Shown here one piece after another: positions 1 to 9,478 of a stretch of 64,000 nucleotides of DNA. This stretch comes from Candidatus Caldarchaeum sp. (GTDB lineage: Archaea > Thermoproteota > Nitrososphaeria_A > Caldarchaeales > Caldarchaeaceae), in the NCBI GenBank assembly GCA_033580815.1, contig JAVQUC010000002.1, positions 91,150-155,149 of the forward strand, given 5' to 3'. The position numbers and the translations under genes were made by a program. Below the pieces are notes generated by a model. The model was not told the DNA's origin, searched no databases, and saw only the letters and a program-made list of their open reading frames with translations. The first letter of the stretch is position 1; every line of letters begins with the position of its first letter.

Positions 1-1
1 C

Positions 2-1354
2 CGAACCCTTGAACAAGCCGTCAACGTCGCCACGTTACCCGGTATCGTGAAACAATCGACGGTCTTGCCTGACGCACACGAGGGTTATGGTTTTCCGATA
101 GGAGGTGTTGCGGCCATGGATGCTACCGAAGGGGTGATTTCACCCGGCGGCGTTGGATACGACATCAACTGTGGAGTGCGTTTGATGGTGACCAATTTAA
201 CTCTGAACGAAGTTAGGCCTCGCATCGTTGAGTTGGTCAACACTGTTTTCAGGAACGTTCCAGCCGGGCTCGGCTCTAGGAGGAAAGATTTCGCCGTAAC
301 TCATTCCGACCTTGATAGGATAGCGGTTGAAGGAGCACGCTACGTCATCGAAAAATACGGCCTCGGCTGGTCAGAAGATTTTAAGAGGATGGAGGAGGAG
401 GGGCGTTATCCATCCTACAAATCGGGGAGCATCCCGGACCCGGACCCATCTCTTGTGTCAAGAGAGGCAAAAGCGAGGGGCGAATCGCAAATAGGCACCC
501 TCGGAAGCGGCAACCACTTCCTCGAAATACAACGCGTAGACAAAATCTTTGACCCGAAAGCAGCCAAAGCTATGGGGATTTTCCAAGAAGGCCAGATAAC
601 TGTTTTGATTCATTGCGGAAGCCGTGGTTATGGGCATCAGATATGCAGCGACTATCTACGGGTGATGGAAAGGGCGGTCTCGAAATACGGATTACGGTTG
701 CCGGACAGAGAGCTGGCCTGCACACCTGCGAACAGCCCCGAGGCAAGCCAGTACCTTAAAGCTTTCGGATGCGCGGTAAACTTTGCTTTCGCTAACCGCC
801 AGGCCATAAGCCATTGGGTTCGGCAAAGTTTTGAACAGGTGTTCAAGAAGCCTGCGGAAGAAATGGGGCTTCAGATCGTCTACGACGTGTGCCACAACAT
901 CGTGAAGCTGGAGAAACACAAGGTTGACGGAAGCGACGTCGACGTGTTTGTTCATCGAAAGGGTGCGACACGGAGTTTCCCAGCCGGTCACCCCTTGATT
1001 CCACAGGTTTACCGCGAAGTTGGGCAGCCCGTTTTGATTCCGGGCTCGATGGGGACGGCTAGCTGGGTTCTACTTGGAAACCCGAAGGCCATGGAGCTGA
1101 GCTTCGGCAGCACTGCACATGGTGCAGGCCGTGAATTGAGTAGGAGCGGCGCCAAGAAAAGATACCGAGGCGACCAAGTCCTCCGTGAACTCGAAAGCAG
1201 AGGCATATACGTGAAAGGCGACAGCATGGAAACAGTCGTGGAAGAGGTCGACGCTGCCTACAAATCCGTCGACGAAGTCGTCGAGGTCAGCCATCAGGTC
1301 GGAATAGGGACAAAAGTAGCGCGTCTAGTTCCGATCGGAGTAGTTAAGGGATAG
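2..1354 (+). CDS. rtcB: RNA-splicing ligase RtcB (5' end cut by window edge)
   Basis: The frame is open from nt 2 (RTLEQAVNVATLPGIV precedes the first Met at 47). RtcB motifs are present: PDAHEGYGFPIGGV, GSGNHF, HCGSRGYGHQ, HRKGAT. TAG stop at 1352-1354. Confidence 0.93.
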   Translation, partial: RTLEQAVNVATLPGIVKQSTVLPDAHEGYGFPIGGVAAMDATEGVISPGGVGYDINCGVRLMVTNLTLNEVRPRIVELVNTVFRNVPAGLGSRRKDFAVTHSDLDRIAVEGARYVIEKYGLGWSEDFKRMEEEGRYPSYKSGSIPDPDPSLVSREAKARGESQIGTLGSGNHFLEIQRVDKIFDPKAAKAMGIFQEGQITVLIHCGSRGYGHQICSDYLRVMERAVSKYGLRLPDRELACTPANSPEASQYLKAFGCAVNFAFANRQAISHWVRQSFEQVFKKPAEEMGLQIVYDVCHNIVKLEKHKVDGSDVDVFVHRKGATRSFPAGHPLIPQVYREVGQPVLIPGSMGTASWVLLGNPKAMELSFGSTAHGAGRELSRSGAKKRYRGDQVLRELESRGIYVKGDSMETVVEEVDAAYKSVDEVVEVSHQVGIGTKVARLVPIGVVKG

Positions 1355-1429
1355 AAGGCGTCAAACGCCGGACGAGAAACATACCGTATCCTCGGAACAT
1401 TTTTTAACTGATTCTCCAAAACTTTGATT

Positions 1430-2953
1430 ATGGGCATCGAGCTGAGCAGAATATTCGCCGATATCTACGAAGAGGATGAAGAAGGTTTTCCAGTCTTTGG
1501 TAGCTATGTTGCTGGAGTTTGGAATACTAAGCCCCAAAAGACTTTCGATGTCATTTCGCCCATCGACGGCTCGATTATAGCCAGAGTTCAGAGATGCGAC
1601 ATAAGCGATGTGGAAAAGGCGGTCAAATCTGCGAAAGAAAGCCAGCATAAAATCCGTTCCCTTGCCGCCATAGACCGGATAGATATAATGGACGAAGCCG
1701 CGCGTTTGCTCAAGCAGCACAGCGAAGAATTTGCGAGAACAATTACGTATGAGATGGGGAGGCCGATAGTTGATTCGCCCGGAGAGGTGAACGCGTTGGC
1801 GGAGAGGCTTCGGCTTTCCATGGAGGATGCACGAAAAATTAGCGGAGAATACATACCGGGTGACTGGTCCCCCGACACGGTCGGCAAAATCGCGATTGTT
1901 CTACGAGAACCGGTTGGTGTGGTCGGCGCAATCGGTCCCTTCAACTATCCACTGTTCATTCCCGGGGCAAAAATAATACCTGCGCTTCTGGGAGCCAACT
2001 CGGTCGTTGCGAAGCCAGCGAGCTCAACGCCGATCACACTGCTGATGTTCGCCCGAATCATGCAGTTGGCCGGTCTGCCTGATGGTGTTCTCAACGTGGT
2101 GACCGGCCCAGGAGAGATAGGAAGACAAATCGCGAGCCATCCAGACGTAGGAATGATTTCTTTCACGGGCAGCACAGAAGTAGGAAGGGACATCGCCAGA
2201 CACGCAGCCAACAAAAGACTGCACCTCGAGTTGGGAGGAAAGGGCTACGCCATCGTGCTCGAAGACGCGGACCTAGACCTCGCCGCCAGAAAATGCATCG
2301 AGGGATCGTTGCGTAATGCAGGCCAAAGATGCGATGCCATAAGCATGGTTTTGGTTGAAAAGAGTATAGCGCACGAATTTTTGGAGAAAGTCTTGAAATA
2401 TATTCATGAATGGAGGCTCGGCGACCCTCGGCAGCCGTCTACCAAGGTTGGGCCCTTGGTGCATGAATCGGCGGCGAGGAGAGTTAACTCGATGGTGGTC
2501 GACGCCGTCCAGAAAGGTGCGAAGCTAGTTCACGGTGGTTCGGTCGAAGCCGCCTACCATCAGCCAACTGTCCTAGACAAGGTGCCGGAGACCGCTTCCA
2601 TCGTTTGGGAGGAAACCTTCGGCCCCGTCATCCCAGTAATGGAAACCGAAAACGAAAGCCATGCACTATCTATTGCTTCGCGCTCAAGATACGGACTCGA
2701 CGCTGCAGTTTTTACCAACAACTTCTACAAAATGTGGAAAGTGGCTAAGGGACTGTCCGTTGGCGAGGTTACGATCAACGACTTTCCACGCCATGGCGTC
2801 GGCTACTTCCCATTCGGCGGGGTGAAGGATTCGGGCATAGGCAGAGAAGGAATCGGGTATTCCATAGAGGAGATGATGGTCCTCAAAACCATCGTCTTCA
2901 ACCTTGAGCCCGCCGGGTTGGGGAAGCTCAGAAGACCGAAACATCCAACGTAA
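1430..2953 (+). CDS. NAD(P)-dependent aldehyde dehydrogenase, GapN-like (non-phosphorylating G3P dehydrogenase or acetaldehyde dehydrogenase candidate)
   Basis: ALDH superfamily motifs: FNYPL, FTGSTEVG, ELGGKG, and catalytic Cys in GQRCDAIS (the QRCDA form is typical of archaeal GapN). ATG at 1430 lies about 27 nt downstream of a TTTTTTAA box; the ORF track starts at TTG 1424. Confidence 0.8.
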   Translation: MGIELSRIFADIYEEDEEGFPVFGSYVAGVWNTKPQKTFDVISPIDGSIIARVQRCDISDVEKAVKSAKESQHKIRSLAAIDRIDIMDEAARLLKQHSEEFARTITYEMGRPIVDSPGEVNALAERLRLSMEDARKISGEYIPGDWSPDTVGKIAIVLREPVGVVGAIGPFNYPLFIPGAKIIPALLGANSVVAKPASSTPITLLMFARIMQLAGLPDGVLNVVTGPGEIGRQIASHPDVGMISFTGSTEVGRDIARHAANKRLHLELGGKGYAIVLEDADLDLAARKCIEGSLRNAGQRCDAISMVLVEKSIAHEFLEKVLKYIHEWRLGDPRQPSTKVGPLVHESAARRVNSMVVDAVQKGAKLVHGGSVEAAYHQPTVLDKVPETASIVWEETFGPVIPVMETENESHALSIASRSRYGLDAAVFTNNFYKMWKVAKGLSVGEVTINDFPRHGVGYFPFGGVKDSGIGREGIGYSIEEMMVLKTIVFNLEPAGLGKLRRPKHPT

Positions 2954-3002
2954 CCATAAAACCTTAAATTAAAACACAGCGATTTTTAATTCACGGGGGT
3001 AC

Positions 3003-3077
3003 AGCGGGGTAGGGTAGCCAGGTTAACCCGCCGGGCTCATAACCCGGAGATCGGTGGTTCGAGTCCACCCCCCGCTA
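3003..3077 (+). tRNA. tRNA-Met (CAT), archaeal initiator type
   Basis: 75-nt cloverleaf AGCGGGG...CCCCGCT-A. A1:U72 pair, three consecutive G:C pairs closing the anticodon stem (CCGGG-CTCATAA-CCCGG), T-loop GGTTCGAGTCC. CCA is not encoded. Confidence 0.9.
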
Positions 3078-3162
3078 CGCGATAGAGTGGATAGGCCAAC
3101 TTTTCGCGGCGGGTTCCACGATTTGGATTGAGAGGTCGATGGCCGTTTCAGTTGACAAAAGA

Positions 3163-4707
3163 TCATGCGCCGTCTGCAACGGTTTTTACTCCAGTCATCA
3201 TTCTCCCGACCGTCTCGACTGTCGCTTCTGTGGATTCAAGAACTCCTACAATCCGGCCTTCGAACATCACGGCTATCCTGTCGCTGAGGAGAAAAATTTC
3301 TTCCAAGTCTTCAGACACGAGTAAGATGGCCGACCCCTTGCCTCTAAGCTCCATAAACAGGCTGTGTGTCTGGCTCAGCGCCTTGAGATCGAGCCCGTAG
3401 GTGGGATGAAAAGCTACGAGCAATTTAGGCTCCCGCCACAGTTCACGGGCTAGAATTAAACGCTGGATGTTGCCGCCTGAAAGTATTCTAACTTCTGTTT
3501 CCCAGATATCAGGCGTGAGAACCCCGAATTTACTTACCAGCTTTTTGGAAAGTTCAGTGACTTGACGCCTGTTCAATACTCCATAAATCGAAAACGGTCT
3601 TGTCTTGTATTCTCTGATGATTATGTTCTCGGCTGTGTTCATCTGTTCTACGACTCCCGACCTTCTTCTCTCCTCTGGGACGTGCCGCAGCCCGAGTTCT
3701 GAAAGCCTACGAGCGTTCGAGTTCGTAACATCGATTCCGTCGAAGATTATTCTTCCTCGTTCTACCTTCCTCAGCCCAACAATTGCTTCGACGAGTTCCC
3801 TCTGGCCGTTCCCAGAAATTCCCGCGATGCCAAAAATTTCCCCTTCCCGAACCGTGAAACATACTTTCTTGACCGCTTCCCTTCCGTCGTCAGCCAAGAC
3901 GCATAAGTTTTCGACTGTCAGGACGGGTTTGGCCGTTGAACGAACTGGACTTCTTTCATACCGTACCGGAGTAATCTCACCAAGCATCAGCTTCAACAGC
4001 TCAGTCTCGTTCGTTTCCGAGACGTTCAGTGTGGCCATCTTTTTCCCAAGTCTTAAAACGGTGACCCTGTCGGCAACCTTGAAGACCTCCTCGATTTTAT
4101 GTGTGATGAAAACGATACCCTTGTTTTCTTCCGCCATCTTACGCAGGACTCGGAAAAGCTCGTTCACTTCATCGACCGTGAGAACTGAGGTAGGCTCATC
4201 GAGTATAAGGATGCTCGGCTCCCAGAACAATACTTTCAGAATTTCAACCCTCTGTCTTTCACCCAGAGAAAGTTGCTCAACCGGTTTGCGCGGGTCAACC
4301 TTCAAACCATACTTCTCGGAAAGGACCTTCAGTTTTTCCTCTACTTTCTTGATGGGGTAGCTGAACGGGTTGACTTGTCTCAAAGTCAACGCCACGTTTT
4401 CGACGACTGTGAGTGGGTCGGCGAGCGTGAATTCTTGATGAACCATCCCGATTCCGTGACGTATCGCATCCATTGGAGATTTGAATCGGACGCTTTTGCC
4501 TCGAACTAAGATTTGACCGGCGGAAAGAGTGTAGAAGCCTGAAAGGATGTTGGCTAAAACGGTTTTTCCTGCGCCGTTCTCTCCGAGAAGAGCGTGCACC
4601 TCACCCGCTCTGACATCGAAATCTATGTGGTCTAGGATCAGATGCTCCCAGACTCCGGGAAAGGATTTGACAACTTTTCTCGCTTCGACTAGTACTTCCC
4701 CAACCAA
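3163..4707 (-). CDS. ABC transporter ATP-binding protein with two fused NBDs (BMP/nucleoside-sugar uptake type)
   Basis: 514 aa. First Walker A GENGAGKT, LSLGERQR signature, ILILDEP Walker B. Second NBD has GISGNGQ, LSGGNIQR and LLVAFHPTYGLD. TTG start at 4707. Confidence 0.9.
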   Translation of the reverse strand: MVGEVLVEARKVVKSFPGVWEHLILDHIDFDVRAGEVHALLGENGAGKTVLANILSGFYTLSAGQILVRGKSVRFKSPMDAIRHGIGMVHQEFTLADPLTVVENVALTLRQVNPFSYPIKKVEEKLKVLSEKYGLKVDPRKPVEQLSLGERQRVEILKVLFWEPSILILDEPTSVLTVDEVNELFRVLRKMAEENKGIVFITHKIEEVFKVADRVTVLRLGKKMATLNVSETNETELLKLMLGEITPVRYERSPVRSTAKPVLTVENLCVLADDGREAVKKVCFTVREGEIFGIAGISGNGQRELVEAIVGLRKVERGRIIFDGIDVTNSNARRLSELGLRHVPEERRRSGVVEQMNTAENIIIREYKTRPFSIYGVLNRRQVTELSKKLVSKFGVLTPDIWETEVRILSGGNIQRLILARELWREPKLLVAFHPTYGLDLKALSQTHSLFMELRGKGSAILLVSEDLEEIFLLSDRIAVMFEGRIVGVLESTEATVETVGRMMTGVKTVADGA

Positions 4708-4733
4708 TTTCCATCGGCTGAGGCCTTGACTTA

Positions 4734-4741
4734 TTTATAAA
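4734..4741. promoter_or_regulatory. Palindromic TATA box (TTTATAAA) shared by divergent genes
   Basis: Only AT-rich element in the 53-nt spacer between start codons at 4707 (minus) and 4761 (plus). It lies roughly 24 and 30 nt from the two starts, which is archaeal TATA geometry for leaderless or short-leader mRNAs. Confidence 0.4.
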
Positions 4742-4760
4742 CATCCATACCACCATACCT

Positions 4761-5585
4761 ATGATGTTTACCTCATTACATGAACTTTTTGGGGTTGTCA
4801 AGCCAGTTATCGGCATGATTCATCTTCCGCCTCTTCCCAGCTCGCCGGCTTATTTTGGTGCGGACATCGGGTACGTCGTCGAGCAGGCGTTAAGAGATGC
4901 CGAGGCTTTGAAAGCCGGTGGAGTCGACGGAGTTCAGGTCGAAAACATCGCCGACAAACCTTTCATGAAGCCTGCGGAAATTGATCCTGTTGTCGTTTCT
5001 GTTGTGGCGTCTGTGGCGAAAGAGGTGCGGAAGTCTGTTGGGCTGCCGACCGGTGTTTTCGTCCTGGCGAATGCAGTGGAGGAGTCAATCCGCGCGGCGG
5101 CCGCATGCGGGGCAGAATGGGTGAGGGCCAACCTTTACAACCTCGCCTACGTAGCTGATGAAGGGTTCGTCGAAGCCTGCGCGGCCAAAGTCGAAAGGAG
5201 GAGAAGATTGTACAATTTGGGAGTTAGAATTTTCGCGGATGTCATGGTCAAGCACGGAAGCCATTTTATCGTCTCAGACCTCCCTCTCGAATACCAAGTG
5301 AATAGACTTGAGGCACTCGGCGCGGACGCGGTGATAGTTTCTGGAATGAGAACGGGCGACGAAACTCCTCTGGAAAGGCTTGTCGAAGTCAAAAATGTCG
5401 CGACGAAACCTGTTCTTGTCGGAAGCGGGTTGAACCCCGTGAACGCTGAGAAACTGCTGATGGTCGCGGACGGAGCAATCGTCGGGACCTACTTCAAGCG
5501 AGAGGGTAAACTATTCAACCCCGTTGATGCAGAACGAGTGAAAAAAGTCATGGCAGTTGTAAGGAATCTGAGACTACAGCTTTAA
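4761..5585 (+). CDS. BtpA/SgcQ-family TIM-barrel protein, paralog 1 (function unknown)
   Basis: 274 aa. Family-typical GMIHLPPLPSSP near the N-terminus, VENIADKP, VKHGSH, VSGMRTGDETP and GSGLNPVNA (phosphate-binding-like GSG). Roughly half the residues are identical to ORF 10418-11257 by eye. Confidence 0.8.
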   Translation: MMFTSLHELFGVVKPVIGMIHLPPLPSSPAYFGADIGYVVEQALRDAEALKAGGVDGVQVENIADKPFMKPAEIDPVVVSVVASVAKEVRKSVGLPTGVFVLANAVEESIRAAAACGAEWVRANLYNLAYVADEGFVEACAAKVERRRRLYNLGVRIFADVMVKHGSHFIVSDLPLEYQVNRLEALGADAVIVSGMRTGDETPLERLVEVKNVATKPVLVGSGLNPVNAEKLLMVADGAIVGTYFKREGKLFNPVDAERVKKVMAVVRNLRLQL

Positions 5586-6410
5586 CAAAGAGGGAAACAC
5601 GTGTTTTTTGCCTTTTTTCTTTTTGATCTCATCCCATTCGGCCAGAATTTTTACCGCCTCGGTTGCAACCTTAGCCGACGTTTCCTCACCCTTGACACCG
5701 AATGTATCCGTGACCCGGTTAGCGAAAACAGTGCAGATAGCCCCTGCCCTAAAACCGTAGAGAGATGCAACGGTCAGGAGGGCTGAAGCCTCCATCTCAA
5801 GGTTCAACACGTTCATGGCCTTCAAATCATCGAGAATGTTCTTGGAATAGCTCCACCAGTAATCATTGAACCCCGGCCTTCCTTGGCCGGTGTAGAAGCT
5901 GTCGGTAGAGGCCGTGACTCCCACATGATACCTTACCCCCATTGTTTCGGCTGCTTCGACAAGGGCTAGGACGACTTCATAGTTGGCGTAGGCCGGGTAC
6001 CCGGGCATTACGTATTGCTGAGTGGTGCCTTCGAGCCTCACCGCGGCAGTTGTGATTACTTGGTCTCCCAGCTCAATCTCTGGACGCAGCGCTCCGCAGC
6101 TTCCGACCCTGATGAAAGTATGACATCCAGCCCGTGCAAGCTCTTCAACCGCTATGACGGTTGATGGGGCCCCGATTCCAGTCGAACAGGCAGCTATCGA
6201 TGTTCTTCCAGCCCTGCCTTGCCAAACCCTGTATTCTCGATGAAAGGAAATTTCTCGTGCTTCGTCCCAGAACCGAGCTATTTTTGGAACTCTTTCGGGG
6301 TCTCCCGGCATCAGGACGTAGGGCGAGATTCCTCCCCGCCTTACTCGGACATGGTAAAACTCCTCACCGGCTACGGGTTCTTTTGCCGACATACTAACAA
6401 GAATCGCCAT
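5574..6410 (-). CDS. Nucleoside phosphorylase, PNP/UDP family (uridine phosphorylase-like by length)
   Basis: Motifs MPGDPERV, STGIGAPS, FIRVGSCGAL, NLEMEASAL. About 272-278 aa, as for archaeal uridine phosphorylases. The probable start is Met7 (6392), 1 nt after the rbsK stop. Confidence 0.85.
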   Translation of the reverse strand: MAILVSMSAKEPVAGEEFYHVRVRRGGISPYVLMPGDPERVPKIARFWDEAREISFHREYRVWQGRAGRTSIAACSTGIGAPSTVIAVEELARAGCHTFIRVGSCGALRPEIELGDQVITTAAVRLEGTTQQYVMPGYPAYANYEVVLALVEAAETMGVRYHVGVTASTDSFYTGQGRPGFNDYWWSYSKNILDDLKAMNVLNLEMEASALLTVASLYGFRAGAICTVFANRVTDTFGVKGEETSAKVATEAVKILAEWDEIKKKKGKKHVFPSLLKL

Positions 6411-7323
6411 GCTCGGAAATAAATTTCTCCAACTCCTTCTCGTTGGGCAGGGCTTCGACCAGCTCGCCTCCCTTAATTCTGGCGGTTAGGAAGGCACCGG
6501 CACAGCATGCGTACTCGACGGCATCGACCAAGTCAAATCCACGCGACAACGCCGCCGCCAAAGCACCGTTGAACGCGTCCCCTGCTCCCGTGCTGTCGAC
6601 CGCATCAACCCGCGGTGTTTTCACGTGAACGACTCTGCTTTTCCCCACTATTAAAGCGCCTTTCTCCCCCAAAGTGACGACGACGTTTCCGACAAACTTG
6701 ACGTATTTTTCAGCTAGCTTAACCAGGTCGGCGACGCTGTCGGCGGGCAGCCCAGCCATCACGCGCATCTCCACTTCGTTTGGTGTTATGATGTCGATTG
6801 ACTCTAGCTTTTCCGGGGGGATTTCGGTCGCCGGCGCGGGGTTGAGAACTTTCACCGACTCGCTTCTTCGTAAAGCGTCTAACGCTGTCTCGACCGGAAT
6901 CTCAAGTTGAGCGAGGACGACGTCGGAACGTTTTATTGTGTCCTCCGCGGCCGCGACGTCTCGGCTTGAGAGACGCATGTTCGCACCGAGGTCGACAACA
7001 ATCATGTTCCGGCCGTTCGGGCCGACAATTACTAGCCCCACTCCTGTTGGCGATTCCGAATCCCTGACGACGTGTGAAACATCGACGTTTTCCGTCTTCC
7101 ATTTGTTGACGGCTCTGTCACCGAAAATGTCCGTCCCTATTTTTGCTACGATTGATGTTTGGCAGTGAAGGCGTGCTGATTGTATGGCTTGGTTGGAGCC
7201 TTTTCCGCCGTGTTCGATCCTGAACCGATAACCGCGTAGAGTTTCACCCTCGACGGGCATCCTGTCGACGTGAACGACAAAACCCGTGTTGTAGCTTCCA
7301 ACAACCGTGATTTTTCCAGCCAA
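6394..7323 (-). CDS. rbsK: Ribokinase
   Basis: PfkB fold with ribokinase-specific motifs HGGKGSNQA, LNPAPA, ITPNEVE, DSTGAGDAFNGAL. Confidence 0.9.
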   Translation of the reverse strand: MAGKITVVGSYNTGFVVHVDRMPVEGETLRGYRFRIEHGGKGSNQAIQSARLHCQTSIVAKIGTDIFGDRAVNKWKTENVDVSHVVRDSESPTGVGLVIVGPNGRNMIVVDLGANMRLSSRDVAAAEDTIKRSDVVLAQLEIPVETALDALRRSESVKVLNPAPATEIPPEKLESIDIITPNEVEMRVMAGLPADSVADLVKLAEKYVKFVGNVVVTLGEKGALIVGKSRVVHVKTPRVDAVDSTGAGDAFNGALAAALSRGFDLVDAVEYACCAGAFLTARIKGGELVEALPNEKELEKFISEHGDSC

Positions 7324-7324
7324 C

Positions 7325-8026
7325 TCAGTAACCTTCCTCTTCAGCAGCCTCCAAACCAGTCACTATCTGAACTCCTCTGCTAGTCCCCAGAAGCTCGGCC
7401 CCTGCTTCGAGAAGTTTTTCCGCTGTCTCGAAATCTCTGATGCCGCCGGAGGCCTTGACCTTCACCTTTGGGCTGACCAAGCTTCGCAAAAGCTTTATGA
7501 CCTCGACAGTCGCCGGCCCGCCCTTACCCCAGCCGCTCGAATTCTTAACATAATGCGCTCCGGCTTCTTCGCAGATGCGGCAAGCGATTCTCAGCTCATC
7601 GTCTGAGAGAATGGAGGTTTCCAGTATGGCTTTTACGATTCGGCCGTCCGCCGCTTCTACTATCATCTCCACATCTTTTCGGAATTCGTCGAGGAGGCTC
7701 GACTTGAGCAGACCAACGTTGACCATGATGTCGAATTCATCACACCCATCCGCGACCATGCTACGAATCTCAACAACCTTTGAAAGAGTGGTGGAGGCGC
7801 CGATGGGGAAGTTTATGGCGGCCGAAACCTTGACACCACTTCCCTTTAACAAGCTGACTGCAGTCTTCACCCAAATTGGGTTAACAACGACTGCGTCGAA
7901 GCCATACTCCAAAGCTTCTCTGCAAAGCTTTTCGATGTCCTTGCGAGTTGCTTCGGGTGTCACGTTGGTATGCTGTATTCGTGATGCAACAAACTCCCTC
8001 GAAAACTTGGCCACGATAAAACTCAC
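7325..8026 (-). CDS. deoC: Deoxyribose-phosphate aldolase
   Basis: 233 aa class I aldolase with INFPIGAS, DEFDIMVN, KAILET, VKNSSGW and Schiff-base region VKASGGIR. The GTG start overlaps the upstream stop (GTGA). Confidence 0.9.
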   Translation of the reverse strand: MSFIVAKFSREFVASRIQHTNVTPEATRKDIEKLCREALEYGFDAVVVNPIWVKTAVSLLKGSGVKVSAAINFPIGASTTLSKVVEIRSMVADGCDEFDIMVNVGLLKSSLLDEFRKDVEMIVEAADGRIVKAILETSILSDDELRIACRICEEAGAHYVKNSSGWGKGGPATVEVIKLLRSLVSPKVKVKASGGIRDFETAEKLLEAGAELLGTSRGVQIVTGLEAAEEEGY

Positions 8027-8967
8027 CCTGCCGATCCGCCGCGAAGGACCTTGAATAACATTTCTCTGAAAAGCTTTGCGTCGGCTTCGTAACAGACATC
8101 AGAGTTGGGCTCCTGGCCCAACACTCCTAGATGATCGACAACAGACATTCCTCTGGTCAGGTCACTTGCGTTTTCGACGTCAACGAACTTCGGTTCAACC
8201 CTCTTCGCTACCCGGGGCTCAATAGCTATCGCAGTTGTAATGGTGTCGGGATGTGTGCTGCCCGTGATTCCCATAACTTTCTTCTCGAATTCGATAACTT
8301 TCCTGTTGACTTTGACGAAAAAGTCCGCTTCCTTTGTTCCCCACGTCGCGATCTCCTTGTGAAGAGTTTCTTCAACTACGCTGTATTTGACGGCAATATC
8401 CCAGCCAACCATCAAAGGCCTGATTCCGGATTGGAACACGATCTTCGCCGCGTCTGGGTCGACCCAGAAGTTGTATTCAGCGGCTGGCGTTACGTTGCCG
8501 AACCCCTCAGCAAACCCTCCCATCACATACAGTCGCTTAACGTTCTTGACAAAGTTTCTGTCCAACAATATCGCGGTGGCGATGTTTGTCAACGGCCCTT
8601 GCGCCACAATGACGTATTCGCCGGGGTTTGAGTTGACGAGCTCGAGCAAAGCTTGGACAGCATGCTTTTGTTCCGGTCTCTGCCGAGCTTTGGGAAAGTA
8701 GTTTTCACCCATTCCATCCTTTCCGTGAACATAGTCTGCGTACTTCCAGCTCTTGAGAAGCGGCCTTCTGCAGCCCGGGTAAACAGGCACGTGATAGTTC
8801 GAGAAATTCTCAACGGTATACAACGCGTTTTCTACCTGCTGGTCGAATTCAACGTTTCCGCAGACAACGGTGACTGCCTCGAGTTTCACCCCGGGCCATT
8901 TCAAAGCCAACAGAAGCGAGATCGCGTCGTCGCCGGCCGTGTCCGTGTCAATTATCAGACGGAGCAT
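8023..8967 (-). CDS. Nucleoside hydrolase (IUNH family)
   Basis: N-terminal aspartate cluster IIDTDTAGDDAISLLLAL, GPLTNIA, and a length of 314 aa are typical of inosine-uridine-preferring nucleoside hydrolases. Confidence 0.88.
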   Translation of the reverse strand: MLRLIIDTDTAGDDAISLLLALKWPGVKLEAVTVVCGNVEFDQQVENALYTVENFSNYHVPVYPGCRRPLLKSWKYADYVHGKDGMGENYFPKARQRPEQKHAVQALLELVNSNPGEYVIVAQGPLTNIATAILLDRNFVKNVKRLYVMGGFAEGFGNVTPAAEYNFWVDPDAAKIVFQSGIRPLMVGWDIAVKYSVVEETLHKEIATWGTKEADFFVKVNRKVIEFEKKVMGITGSTHPDTITTAIAIEPRVAKRVEPKFVDVENASDLTRGMSVVDHLGVLGQEPNSDVCYEADAKLFREMLFKVLRGGSAG

Positions 8968-8974
8968 AGTCTCA

Positions 8975-9376
8975 TCACCTTCTTCTGAGGCTTTCGGGTC
9001 CGAAGCTTTCGGGAAGAAGCTTCGACAGCGAAGCGACCAAGGGTTTTCCTCTTGCTCCCCTTGTGATGATTTTGATTGATGGGTTGAACTCTCTTAAAAC
9101 CTGCCTACAAGCACCACAGGGATAAACTGGGTTTGTCCTGTTCGACACCACTGCAACTGCCGCGAAATTTCTTTTCCCCTCTGAAACGGCCTTGAAAACA
9201 GCGGTTCTTTCAGCACAGTTTGAGAGGCCATAACTCGCGTTCTCCACATTGCAGCCTGTTACGATTTCTCCTTCAGCGGTGAGCAGGGCCGCGCCCACCT
9301 TGAACCTTGAATAGGGTGCATAGGCCTTTTTCATAGCTCGTGTCGCTTGATCTAGTAACTGTGGGTAGCTGACCAT
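8975..9376 (-). CDS. cdd: Cytidine deaminase
   Basis: 133 aa with zinc motifs CAERTA and PCGACRQ. Confidence 0.92.
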   Translation of the reverse strand: MVSYPQLLDQATRAMKKAYAPYSRFKVGAALLTAEGEIVTGCNVENASYGLSNCAERTAVFKAVSEGKRNFAAVAVVSNRTNPVYPCGACRQVLREFNPSIKIITRGARGKPLVASLSKLLPESFGPESLRRR

Positions 9377-9478
9377 GCCATGGCTCCGCGTAGGACCGAT
9401 TTAACCGTTAGCAAATCTCGACACGACGTGCGAAAATCATCACCAGATTTCAAGAACAACGGATAAAAACTCTGCGGG

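Noticed and set aside
3605-4360. 251-aa ORF antisense to the ABC ATPase gene
   Set aside because: Ser/Thr/Phe-rich nonsense-like sequence inside a gene with clear Walker/signature motifs on the other strand.
8985-9025. Short tandem repeat GCTTTCGGG x2 (GAGGCTTTCGGGTCCGAAGCTTTCGGGAAGAAGCTTCG)
   Set aside because: It lies inside the cdd C-terminal coding region (ESFGPES). There are only two imperfect copies and no array-like structure.
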